A stretch of 35,768 bases of DNA from contig LPNZ01010155.1 of the NCBI GenBank assembly GCA_001655205.1, positions 1 to 35,768 of the forward strand, written 5' to 3'. The notes under the pieces were generated by a model. The model saw only the letters and a program-made list of their open reading frames with translations, made no database searches and was not told the DNA's origin. A program made the position numbers and the translations under genes. The DNA is from Lenisia limosa (Eukaryota > Protista > Breviatea). Position 1 is the first letter of the stretch. Each line of letters begins with the position of its first letter. Shown here in pieces: positions 1-10,904 of the stretch.

Positions 1-2731
1 ACGGCAGCAGAGTTCAATGTCTTCTGGACCGCAAATATGGGTGCCAGTAGGGCAGGTCTTTTGGGGAACAGAGCAAATGTTGTCGATGCACTCCTCACCC
101 TCAGGGCAGCACTTATCACCGCATTCAATGCGGCCAGTCTTGCATTGGCAGAAGTAAATTCTGTTGTAACCTTCCATTCGAGAAACACAATCTTGATCTT
201 CGTCACGGCAGCAAACTTCGTCAATCTCAGGTCCACAGATAGTGGTTCCAGTGGGGCAAGTCATCTGGGGCGGAACACACTGGTTGTTCACACAAGTGAA
301 GCCCGCGGGGCAGCAAGATGATCCACAAGTGACGAGGTCACCCTTGCACTTGCAGAAATACTCCTTGTTATAACCAACAGTGGTTGAGGCGCATTCTTGG
401 TCAGACATACGGCAGCAGAGGTCTAAGTCTTCCGGGCCACACTGGAAGAAACCAGTGGGGCAAACCCTCTGGGGAACAACACAAACTCCAGCAACACATT
501 CTTCGCCAGGAGCACAGCAGTCGCTTCCACAAATACTTAAAGGATCCTTGCAAACACACATGTAAACGCGGTTATAGTTGATAACTGTTGAAACACATTT
601 TTGCAAATTGTTGCAGCAGATTTCATTAGGAGAAACACCACAAATAATCTCTCCAGTAGGGCAAGTTGTTTGAGGAGGAATATCAACACAAGTTCCAGCC
701 TCACAAGTTTGAGTAGAAGTGCAGCAGAATTCACCACATTCTTCGAAGCCAATCTTGCATTTGCAGAAGTAAGTATCAACATAGCCATCAGATTGCTTGA
801 AGCAGGTCTCAGTCAAAGTGTTGCAGCAGAGATCGTCATGACCGCAAAGGTAGGTGCCGCTGGGGCAAGTCTGTTGGGGAGGAAGTTCAACACACTGACC
901 AGCAACACACTCATGAGTAGTGGGGTCGCAGCAAGACGTGCCACAAGTTTGGAACTGACTTTCGCACTGACAGAAATGAATGGTTTCACCACAAGCATTG
1001 ATACGAGCAACACAGACTTCCATTTCAGTACAACAATCTTGTCCACAAGGAGTTTCAGGTTCTTCACATTCAGGGACAATCTTGACGCATTCGTCGTTCT
1101 CACACTTTTCAGTAGAATCACAGCAAGTATCACCACATATAGCCTCACCAGCAGGGCAGTCACAGTAATAGTAGTTGCGAGTGCTGTTGGGAGGATTGTA
1201 GCTTCGGCAAGTATGAGCATCAGAGCAGCAAATACCATCGGTGGCGTCACCACACATTGAGTAGGAATCAGGGCAACTGACCGATGGACGTGGAGCACAG
1301 ACATTATCAGCACAGAAATGAGAAGTTGAGTCACAGCAGACACCATTGCATTCAACTGAACCAGCAGGGCAAACACAGTAATACTCATGTTCATAAGAAT
1401 CTAAAGTCTTAACTTCACAGGTTTGTTCCATGCGACAGCATTTATGACCACATTCCTTCATAGTATCAGGGCAGTCAGAAGGTTCAGGAACTTCGACACA
1501 GACACCATTGGAACACGCGTGTCCTTCCTCACAGCAGGTGGTTCCACAAGGAAGACTTTGATCAGGGCAGACACACTTCTTGTCATGACACATTGTTCCA
1601 TTGGGGCACTTGAGACCACACATTCCGCAGTTGTCTTCGTCAGTGTTAATATCAACACACTGCTGGTTGCACATGTGGTAATTATTCTTGCAGGTACAGA
1701 AATAACTGCTGTAACCATTGCTTTCAAACACATCACAGACCTCAGTCCTGTTGTCGCAGCAACCAGCTCCACATGAGAATTCATAGTCATCAGTACAAGT
1801 GAGCGAAGTGTCAACACAAGAGCCAGAAATGCACTCCTCTTCATACTCGCATTGATTACCACAGCTACCACAGTTTTCAGTATCCTCCATAATAGCGACA
1901 CACTCACCATCACAGTGAGCTTGACCAGGGGGACAGACACAGTGGCCGTTAAGGCATGTAGCGTCATCATCACATTGATTACCACAAGCTCCACAGTTGG
2001 CTTCATCAGTCTCAGTGTTGAAGCAGTAGTCTCCACACTTCGAAAAGCCAGCCTTGCATTGGCAGAAATAGAAGTCAAAACCACTATAAATGTTCTTTTC
2101 ACATGATTGGTCAAAAAGACGACAGCATTGGGATCCACAAGGCATTTCATGCTCTTGACAAACAGTAACATTAACACAGGTTCCATCCAAGCATTCTTGA
2201 TTATCTAAGCATTTCATGCCGCAAGTCCCACAATGATCATGACACATCAGAGGGTTGATGCACTCACCATCACACTCAATGAAACCAGGAGCACATCTGC
2301 AGGTCAGAGTGGTGAGGTCACACATTTGATCAGTTCTGCAACAGTTCTCACCACAAACGAGCTCTCCAGTTGGGCAAGTTGTTTGAGGAGGAGGAGTCAC
2401 ACAATTACCGGCAGAGCACACTTCAGTTGAGAGACAGCAAACATCACCACAGGGGGTAAATTGAGGTTGGCATTTGCAGGTGATTTGGGCACCATACACA
2501 CCACCATCAGTTACCGAACAGAACTCTCTTTCAGCACACTGATTTCCACAAGCTCCACAGTTTGATTGTGTATTAAGAGCAACACATTGATGGTCACAGC
2601 AAGTTTCACCATAAGAGCATGGTGGATCTATAATATAAGAAAATAAATATATCCAAAACAGGCAACTTACAACAAGTAGCGTTAACAGTCGATAACGCCA
2701 ATAAGAGAAGCGCGAAGATGAATGTGTTCAT
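1..2731 (-). CDS. Secreted cysteine-rich repeat protein (STIG1-like NCGxCGxxC motifs plus CC-containing repeats); 3' end lies outside the window
   Basis: ATG at 2731 encodes signal-peptide-like MNTFIFALLLLALSTVNATC. A 43-nt GTAAG..TAG intron (2628-2670) is followed by an open frame through base 1, about 896 codons in total: YPPCSYGETCCDHQCVALNTQSNCGACGNQC...TCPTGTHICGPEDIELCCR. About 1 residue in 6 is Cys. Confidence 0.9.
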
Positions 2732-3264
2732 CTTGTTGCTTGAAGAGTTCCAACTTTCCTAAAAATAATCAATACGAAAAAGAAAAGGGGCTAGAAAGGA
2801 GAGGAACATGAAAAAGAGAAAGCCAATTCAAGAAAGCTTACCTAATATGAAAAAAAAGGGCAGAATATATAAGACTTCAATGAAAGGAAGATGGAACTTA
2901 ATTGAAAAAAAAGAAAAATTTCAGTTATAAACAGTTCCTAAGTTAGGAATCCATTCACCTACCATTTAGGGAAGGTGGACTTCCAAATATAGATTCAACC
3001 AAATGAAGACTTCCAAAGTTGGTAATCTAATAGATAGGGGTTATTGTTGAATAGGAGGGGTTCAATGCTTATCTTTATCATTCTCAGCATTGTTTTCAAA
3101 AATCCTCCAAGTTGCAATGGCTGTCGGATTCTTGATTGGATTTTTGGGATCATTTGTAGAAAACAGGGGATCTATTGATCACAAGTTCAGTTCACAGTTC
3201 AGTTCATTTGTTGTTTTTTTAGTGAACGATTGTGATTTGGGGAATTCTTTTCTTGTTAGTTAAG

Positions 3265-5049
3265 ATGTCTACTCATGATGAAAATGAACTTGTTGATTAT
3301 GATGAAGAAGACCCATCAGTCCAACAACCCGCTGCCGAGGAAGCTGTAGAAACTAAGAAGTAGGAATAGTTTTAAGAAGAACTGATGACAACAGGGGTTC
3401 TTATGTTGGTGTCCACTCAACTGGTTTCCGCGATCTTCTCTTAAAGCCCGAACTCCAGCGTGCTATATCCGACTGCGGTTTTGAGCATCCTTCTGAAGTC
3501 CAACATGAATGTTTGTTTTTCCTTTCCGTGAACAGTTTTTTATTTTCCAGGTATTCCTCAAGCTATCTTTGGAATGGATATTATTGGTCAAGCTAAGTCT
3601 GGAATGGGAAAAACTGCAGTCTTCGTTCTTGCGACTCTTCAGCAGCTTGAGGCTGTTGAGAACGAGGTAGGAAAGATTGGAGGTTTTGAATGCATTGATA
3701 TACTTTCAAAGATTTTATTTTGATATCCCAGACTCACGTTGTCGTTGTTTGCCACACCCGTGAGCTTGCGTATCAGATCCATCACGAGTATAACCGTTTC
3801 TCCAAGTATTTACCTGATGTGAAGGTTTGTGTTTTTTTTTTTTTTCTTCCTTTGATCCCCTTCAATGATCTTTTCTTACCAGTTAGTCTCGTGTGTTCTA
3901 TGGTGGAGTTCCTTTCAAGGATGACGTCGAATATTTGAAGGAAAACCAGCCTAACATTGTTGTTGCCACCCCTGGCCGTCTTCTCGCTCTTGTTCGTGAA
4001 AAGGTTTGAGTCAATAGCTCGATAACACTGCAAAAAGTTCTTTTCTCTCCCTCTGGTGTTCTTACTCTCACTGAACCTTCAGCACCTTAAGCTGGACAAG
4101 GTTAAGCATTTTGTCATTGACGAATGTGATCGCGTTTTGGAAGCTCTTGACATGAGGCGTGATGTTCAGACTATTTTCAAGTCTACTCCTCACAACAAAC
4201 AGGTATTATAATGTCAATTCTATGTTGATGTTCAGGTTATGATGTTCACCGCTACACTCTCCAAGGAGCTCATTCCTGTTTGCAAGAAGTTTATGCACAA
4301 TGTAAGGATAATTTTTATTATTATTATTTTGCAGCCTTTCGAAATCTATGTTGATGATGAGAAGTTGACTCTTCATGGACTGCTCCAGCATTACTGTGAA
4401 CTTGAAGAGAAAGAAAAGAACAGGAAGCTGAATGACCTTCTTGATGCCCTGGAGTTCAATCAAGGTTTGAATTTATGAGTTGCCCTCTTCTCAGTTACCA
4501 AAATCTGATTTGTTTTTAGTTGTCGTATTTGTGAAGTCTGTTGCTCGTGCCCGTGAATTGAATCGTCTCCTCTGTGAGTGCAACTTCCCTTCAATTGCCG
4601 TACACTCTGCACTTAGCCAAGCCGAGAGGTCTGTACTTAGTCGTTGATCCTTCTAATTATAATATGTCTCACTCTCCAGAATTTCTACCTATAAGGCATT
4701 CAAGAATTTCGAAAAGAGAATTTTGGTCTCTACTGATCTTTTTGGTCGTGGTATTGATATTGAGCAAGTTAATATTGTTATCAACTATGATATGCCTGAT
4801 AGTGCTGATCAGTACCTTCACCGCGTCGGCCGTGCTGGACGTTTTGGAACCAAGGTTTGGCAATTATATTCTTTCATTTCTAGGGTCTCTCGGTGACTTT
4901 TGTTTCTTCTGATGAGGACAAGGAAGTCTTGAAGTCTGTCCAGTCAAGGTTCCTTGTGGACATCACCACTCTTCCCGAGCAAATTGATGTTTCCAGCTAC
5001 AGTTTGTCAATTTCATTTCTGTTTTCCTTAACTTTTAGTGAATGCCTAG
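3265..5049 (+). CDS. DDX39: DECD-box RNA helicase UAP56/Sub2 (DDX39 family), multi-exon
   Basis: Spliced translation gives [97 protein letters not shown] and ends YMNA* (TAG at 5047-5049). Confidence 0.97.
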
Positions 5050-5691
5050 CTTTTTTCTTCTTTCAATGTATTTTATTTAAAAAATGGTCAGAAGTGTTTG
5101 ATGAGAAGTGTCAATTTTAGGGCGCTAAGCACTTGAGTATATATGTAATCTCATATTGGTGTTTTTAACTGCTCATTTTTGGCAATCAAGTATTGCTTCC
5201 TTTTTCATGTGAGTTATTTTAAAGCTGTAAAGAAGAGAAGAGAAATTAATCATAGTGATATAATAATGAATGGTGGGAGAAATAAGATGAAGCTGGGGAA
5301 AGAGAAAGGGAAAACTCACATAAACAAAATTGCCATCAGTGCTAAATAATAACAAAAAAAAAGGAGGGAAGAGAGGAAAGCTGAGCGGAAGTACTGGAGA
5401 TCTGGCTGTGATCTCTGATTTGTGATATTATCATGATTCTCTGCAGCCCCTTGCCCCTCTCGTTTGTGTGTGGTTTCTTTGGGACTCCCCTTATGCAAAT
5501 CGGAGACTTCTGTTTCCTGGGTTGTATACAACCCCAGATTATTGATGCATTTAAGTTCAAAGTTCAAAGTTCACCCCCTCTACGCCCTCCACCCCTCCCC
5601 TTGGAGCCTGCCAGTCACAACAAACAACTTATAGCCTTCTTATTTGTTTATTGCAGAAAAAAGGTTGAGAGTGTCACGCACAACCTTTGCC

Positions 5692-8600
5692 ATGGGTGTT
5701 CTTGGACAGGATTTTGTCTGTAATATTGATGATGTCTTACAGCGGAAGGTAATAAGAACTAAAATGAGAGTATTAAAATCTGTAGGTTGAAGATGAAGGT
5801 TGGGGTGCTCTCGAGCCTACAACCATTCCTCAGATGTTTGAAGCTACAGTAGAGAAGTATCGTGGCAAGGTTAGAGAATCCCCCCCCCCCTTCCCCCTCT
5901 CTCTCCCCTAATTTTTGCAGCCTTCTGTCAATACTCAAGAAACCATGGATTCAGAATTTGAACCTCTTTTATGGGAAGACTATCACAGCTGGTGCAAGAG
6001 AGTTGGTTTTCAGCATACCTGCATTTTATTTATTCTTCAGGTTGCAAAGGCTCTGATTGCCAACGGGATTGGAGCCCATGACACAATTTCCATCCTTGGC
6101 TTCAACTCTCTTGGTTTGCTTTGAACAACTTGCTTCCTTTAAAGTCCCTTTTGACCGCTCTAGAATGGTTTTCCCTTGCCATGGGTACTATGATGATTGG
6201 TGGTGTTGTTGGTAAGTTCGAACAAGTGTTAGCTCATGAGTTCAGTCGGGCTTTACCCCACCAACGGACCTGACGCCTGTGCTTATGTGATGAACCATTC
6301 TGAATCAAAGATAGTTTTTGTTGAAAACCAGTATGTCAAGACTTCTTATTTTTTATTTTTTTCTCAAAAAAAACCCCTCCTGTAAGGCGTTCACCACCTA
6401 GGGCCCATCTTGCTCGCATTACTTCAGTGAAGGATGACATCTCAAGCTGCAAGAAATACGTTATTTGGAGAGAAGCGGTTCCAGAGGACAAACTTGGTCT
6501 CGACATCATTACTTTTGAAGAGTTCATGAACACTGGTATGTTGACTAGTTCGGCCATCTTATATATCAGCTGAGTCAATTGAGGATGAGATGCTCCAAAC
6601 ACGATCTGATGCCGTTTTGCCTGGTCAATGCGCTTCCCTCGTTTACACTTCAGGTTGGTTTTGGGCTCCTTTATTGCCTTATTAGAAGAATAATCCTACT
6701 ATAGGTACCACTGGAATGCCAAAAGCGGTTATGCTTAGTCACGACAACCTGACCTGGATGTCAGCCAATCTCAATGACTGGCTCATGACGTCACACACAG
6801 ACAGACTCATTTCCTTCCTTCCATTAAGCCATGTTGCTGGTAGGGTGCTTTTATAACTATTTTTCAATGTATTCAACCATATTGATACTTCATAGGTTTC
6901 CTGGTTGACATTGTTGGTATGCTTGGTAATGGCTTTCAAATGTACTTCGCCCAGCCTGACGCTCTCAAAGGCAGCCTTTCAATCACAATGAAAAAGGTGA
7001 GTTTGCATTTGGCTGACAAACTCTTTACGAAATATCACCAGCATAGCTTGTATGGACTTTTTTTTTTTATTAATGTCTTAAGGTTAAACCCACTATCTTC
7101 CTTGCAGTTCCTCGTGTTTGGGAGAAAATGGAAACTAAAATGAAAGAAATGGGTTTGTCGGTGCTTGATACTTTGGATATCGATATGTATAAGATAAATT
7201 TTATTATATATAGGATTAAAAAATACCCAATCATTTACCTTCTTATAAATTCATACACATAAGCATTTACCTGTCAGCTGCCACTCGTGGTGCCGTGTCA
7301 AAGTGGATTGGCGGATGGGCTAAAGGAGTTGGACTGGCTGGAACTTATTCAAGAATTGTGGGGGGGGGGGGGGNNNNNNNNNNNNNNNNNNNNNNNNNNN
7401 NNNNNNNNNNNNNNNNNNNNNNNNNNNNNNNNNNNNACTTGCATAGGACGGCAAGAAACCTGGCTTCGGCTTCGGCATTGCAGACTCACTGGTCTTTTCC
7501 AAGGTTGTGTTCTCCGTTAATAACACAAATCCAATTTGTTACATTGTATATATAATAGTATTATGTATTATGGGGCCAGCATTGTTTCAAGCTCCTCATG
7601 TGTCAGGTCAAGGCTGCTCTCGGACTTGACAAGTGCTGGATGATGGTATCGTCCGCTGCTCCCATTTCAATCTCAACTGTGGAGTACTTTTACTCACTCA
7701 ACATGCCAATTATGGAAGTCCTTGGAGCAAGGTTTGAAATACAAGGAGATAACAGCCTAGTGAGGCTTCTGCTATTGTCACTTCATCGAACGTCGAGAAC
7801 TTTGCTCCCAATCTCAATGGACCATGCTTCAGAGGATCTGACGTTCTTATTAACAACCCCGATGACAAGGTATGACTTTCTCTCTTGTAATCATTTTCTT
7901 TCAAAGACTAACACTTTAGGGTGAAGGTGAAATCATTTACAAGGGAAGAAACACTTTCATGGGTTACCTCAAGGACCCTGACGTCACTGCGCAGTCATTC
8001 AATGAAAACGGTTACTTCTTGTAGGGTTTTCATTTAGGGCACTCCAATAACATCCATTTAGATCTGGTGACCTCGGTAAATTCGAAGAAAACGGATTCCT
8101 CCGAGTTATGGGACGAGCCAAGGAACTCATTATTACTGCTGGTGGCGAGGTTTGCTCATAGAGAGAAGACCTTACATATTTGGTATGGTAGTTTTGACAG
8201 TTTAGAATATTCCGCCTGTTCTGATTGAGGATCGTATTCGTGNNNNNNNNNNNNNNNNNNNNNNNNNNNNNNNNNNNNNNNNNNNNNNNNNNNNNNNNNN
8301 NNNNNNNNNNNNNNNNNNNNNNNNNNNNNNNNNNNNNNNNNNNNNNNNNNNNNNNNNNNNNNNNNNNNNNNNNNNNNNNNNNNNNNNNNNNNNNNNNNNN
8401 NNAGATGTGGGTGTCCATACGTAGTATTATTTATCCACCAGAGCTCCAATACATTAACCCGTATTGCTGGAAAAGAGATCAAGACCTTGAGCGAGGCCGG
8501 CAAGGATGAAGAGGTATGGTTTCCCTTCATATAACTGAATGTATATTTCTCGATAAACTCTTGATTGCATAGTATCATATATGTTTTACTGGTTTTTGGA

Positions 8601-8887
8601 CCAGGGTTGCCAAGTCTTCTCCCACGGCAGTTGCTCAACTTTCAGATCAACAAAGCCCTGAATGAGGCCTTGAAAGAATATAGCCAAACCGCTATTTCAA
8701 GGGCCCAGCATGTTCAAAAAGTCAAAATTGTCACCAAAGACTTCAGTGTTATTGGTAAGTTGCAGCCTTTTGAACTCTAATTTTATGGCTAACCGCTTCA
8801 GGAGGTGAGCTTACCCCTACTCTCAAGATCAAAAGAAGGATTATCTCACAAAATTATGCTGAGGAAATTAACACTATCTATGCCTAA
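5692..8887 (+). CDS. ACSBG: Long-chain fatty acid-CoA ligase, bubblegum (ACSBG)-like, multi-exon, interrupted by two N gaps
   Basis: AMP-binding motif VYTSG|[17 protein letters not shown], plus [37 protein letters not shown] and a C-terminal [16 protein letters not shown]. Confidence 0.9.
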
Positions 8888-9088
8888 CTATGTCTTGTGT
8901 TCGGACATCTATTTGTTTATTAACTTTATATACTCTGTCGATAGCAATATAATATTCTTGGAAACCTCAACTGACTGCTCTGGGTAATAAGCTACTAGAT
9001 CAATCTACTTTTTCTGAAAAAAAAAAAAAAAAAATGAATATTAAAAACTAGCACTAATATACATACTGACATGACACACTCTGTTACA

Positions 9089-10904
9089 CTATGAAAGGGG
9101 GTTAGCCTTGAGGAATTGAAGAAGAGCGAAAATAGCAGTAATCAACTCCAAAATGTGGAGAATAACGCTCATAACACAAAGAGCAAGGTCAGGCACCAGC
9201 ACATAGATCTAAAAAAAAATAATCAATTTGTCAATCAAGTAACATTTTTCTCGCTTATAGGAAAAAAAAGTGAGAAAACTAGAGTTTGACTAGAGTAGTA
9301 ACAGTAGCAACGATAGTGATATGTTGTGCCCGAGGAACCTGTGCCGATGGAATATGTACGAGCAATATATACCTTCCTGAAAATGGAAAAGTCATATTGT
9401 TAGGGAAATGGCCATTGCCATATCAAAAAAAGGTTCTTTTCTACCTCAAAATCAAGTGAAGCAGAGCAAAATATTATATTCGGAAAATAATATTTTGCTC
9501 TGCTTCACCCCAAAACGAAAAATATGACTTCCTCATTTTCCCGAGGGTATATGATATTATTTACACACTTTAAAAATACAGTGACAGTCCGCTAAATCTC
9601 ATATCACTTTTTGGGTCTAATTCAAACGTCTGAACTATCATTTTCCACTCATGTGATATGATAACGCATGTCCACTCATGTGATATTTGACTGAGAAATC
9701 CCAATGATTCGCTGATACACTCAGGGTAAACCCTTGTGTTATCTTCGTTCATCATTTCGACTTGAAAGTCAGTCATATGATCCTATCACTCGTGGATATG
9801 GGTCAACATAAGTACTATAAAGCTGAATCATCATTCCCATAATCTTACAACTTAACACTGCATGGGAATACACCTACTGCGTACCTAAAGAGTCAAAATC
9901 AACGGTGTCAATCAGGCACTAACATATAGTTGGCATAGCGAATTAATGTTCTGATATTCTATGTAGATAATTGTATTTTCCATTTGACACTCTCTAATCT
10001 TCAAAAAAATAACTATTTTCCATCAAAACGCTCGGCTTTCGAGAAAAATAAATCGCATCTCTTTTTTGTTAATAAAACTCTTCACTTAAAAATTTCAGAT
10101 TGGAAGTCTAGAGATACAAGATCACTCAAGTCTAGAGTGAAGCAATTTTTACGATTTGAAACTCAGGACATACATCAATAAGCTCAATCAAGTCAATGGG
10201 AAAGAGCGTGGAATGTAGATGAGATGCTTTGAATTTTGCGAAGAAGATCCCTGAAACATATTTCACGACTTCCAATCTGAAACTATTTAAGAGAAATTCC
10301 CCTTTATTTCGACCCATGTAAGTGTCTCGCCAACAGGAACTTCATTTCTTAAAAAAATATGTCAGTTTCCTCTCCTTTTCCTCTCCAAGGCTTGGACACT
10401 GTTAATAAAAATGTTAAAAATTGAAGTGGTCTCGCCACGAGGCCATACCTACTCAAAGATTTATGTTAAGGTTATCTTTATGCCCTTTCACCTGCATCGT
10501 CATATAGTACAAATCTGCCAAGCAGGCGATCAAACAGAGAATAATAAAGAATATTGTGGGTCCAAGCTGCTCTGTTTTATTCCCTAATGTTCCTAAATAG
10601 TTATCAAAAAAAAAAAAAATAATAATAATAACGGACTTCCTTACCTACAACCACTCGGCAAAAATCCATAACCATATAAACAATCATGAACAGTACTTCC
10701 CAGAATAAGTAGTTTGCTGGATACGGAAACGTATTACCTAGAGAAATCTCAAAAAGCACTTCCATACCTTTGTAAAAAAAGAAGACAAAGGAAAGAGAAA
10801 AGAAAAGGTAAGTGAAGTATTTATTGAAAAAGAGCAGCATCTGGAGAGGAAGAGATGAACGCTACAAGTTATAAGCAGTAAAAGAGAAATCAACTTCAAA
10901 CCAT
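9089..10904 (-). CDS. TMEM216: TMEM216/TMEM17/TMEM80-family ciliary transition-zone membrane protein, 5 exons, about 135 aa
   Basis: Joined exons: M|RSSLPLQMLLFFNKYFTYLFFSLSFVFFFYKG|NTFPYPANYLFWEVLFMIVYMVMDFCRVVVG|TLGNKTEQLGPTIFFIILCLIACLADLYYMTMQ|IYVLVPDLALCVMSVILHILELITAIFALLQFLKANPLS*. This matches the recalled family pattern (SS.PL...F.N, YKG..PYP, G..GN, YY...Q.YVL). The last intron is 9209-10491. Confidence 0.8.
9456..9508. repeat. Perfect 21-bp inverted repeat (hairpin) in TMEM216 intron
   Basis: GTGAAGCAGAGCAAAATATTA (9456-9476) and its exact reverse complement (9488-9508), with an 11-nt loop. Confidence 0.95.
9600..9810 (-). repeat. Copy of a dispersed ~165-190 bp repeat unit (inverted relative to the copies at 25207-25580)
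   Basis: The reverse complement reads ATGTTGACCCATATCCACGAGTGATAGGATCATATGACTGACTTTCAAGTCGAAATGATGAACGAAGATAAC, closely matching 25386 onward. It also has an internal 16-nt direct repeat TCCACTCATGTGATAT at 9644 and 9671. Confidence 0.9.
10093..10282. repeat. 16-bp perfect inverted repeat pair, possible MITE remnant
   Basis: TTTCAGATTGGAAGTC (10093-10108) and GACTTCCAATCTGAAA (10267-10282). Confidence 0.8.

Noticed and set aside
37-2430. Long ORF-track entries on both strands (e.g. 601-1260 +, 813-1394 -, 1458-2186 -) that look like hydrophobic or Thr/Ser-rich proteins
   Set aside because: They are antisense or shifted-frame shadows of the Cys-rich gene; TGT/TGC-rich codons read as Val/Leu/Ala or Thr in other frames.
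3667-3730. Intron-encoded snoRNA in DDX39, by analogy with vertebrate DDX39B
   Set aside because: The introns are too short and I found no C/D or H/ACA boxes.
9250-9375. Open stretch VYIARTYSIGTGSSGTTYHYRCYCYY on the minus strand
   Set aside because: It lies inside the TMEM216 intron. The protein aligns to its family without it, and I found no convincing splice-site pair.
9644-9686. Direct repeat TCCACTCATGTGATAT twice, and the 25207-25580 array, considered as CRISPR-like
   Set aside because: Too few copies, no unique spacers of regular length, no cas genes, and a eukaryotic intronic context.
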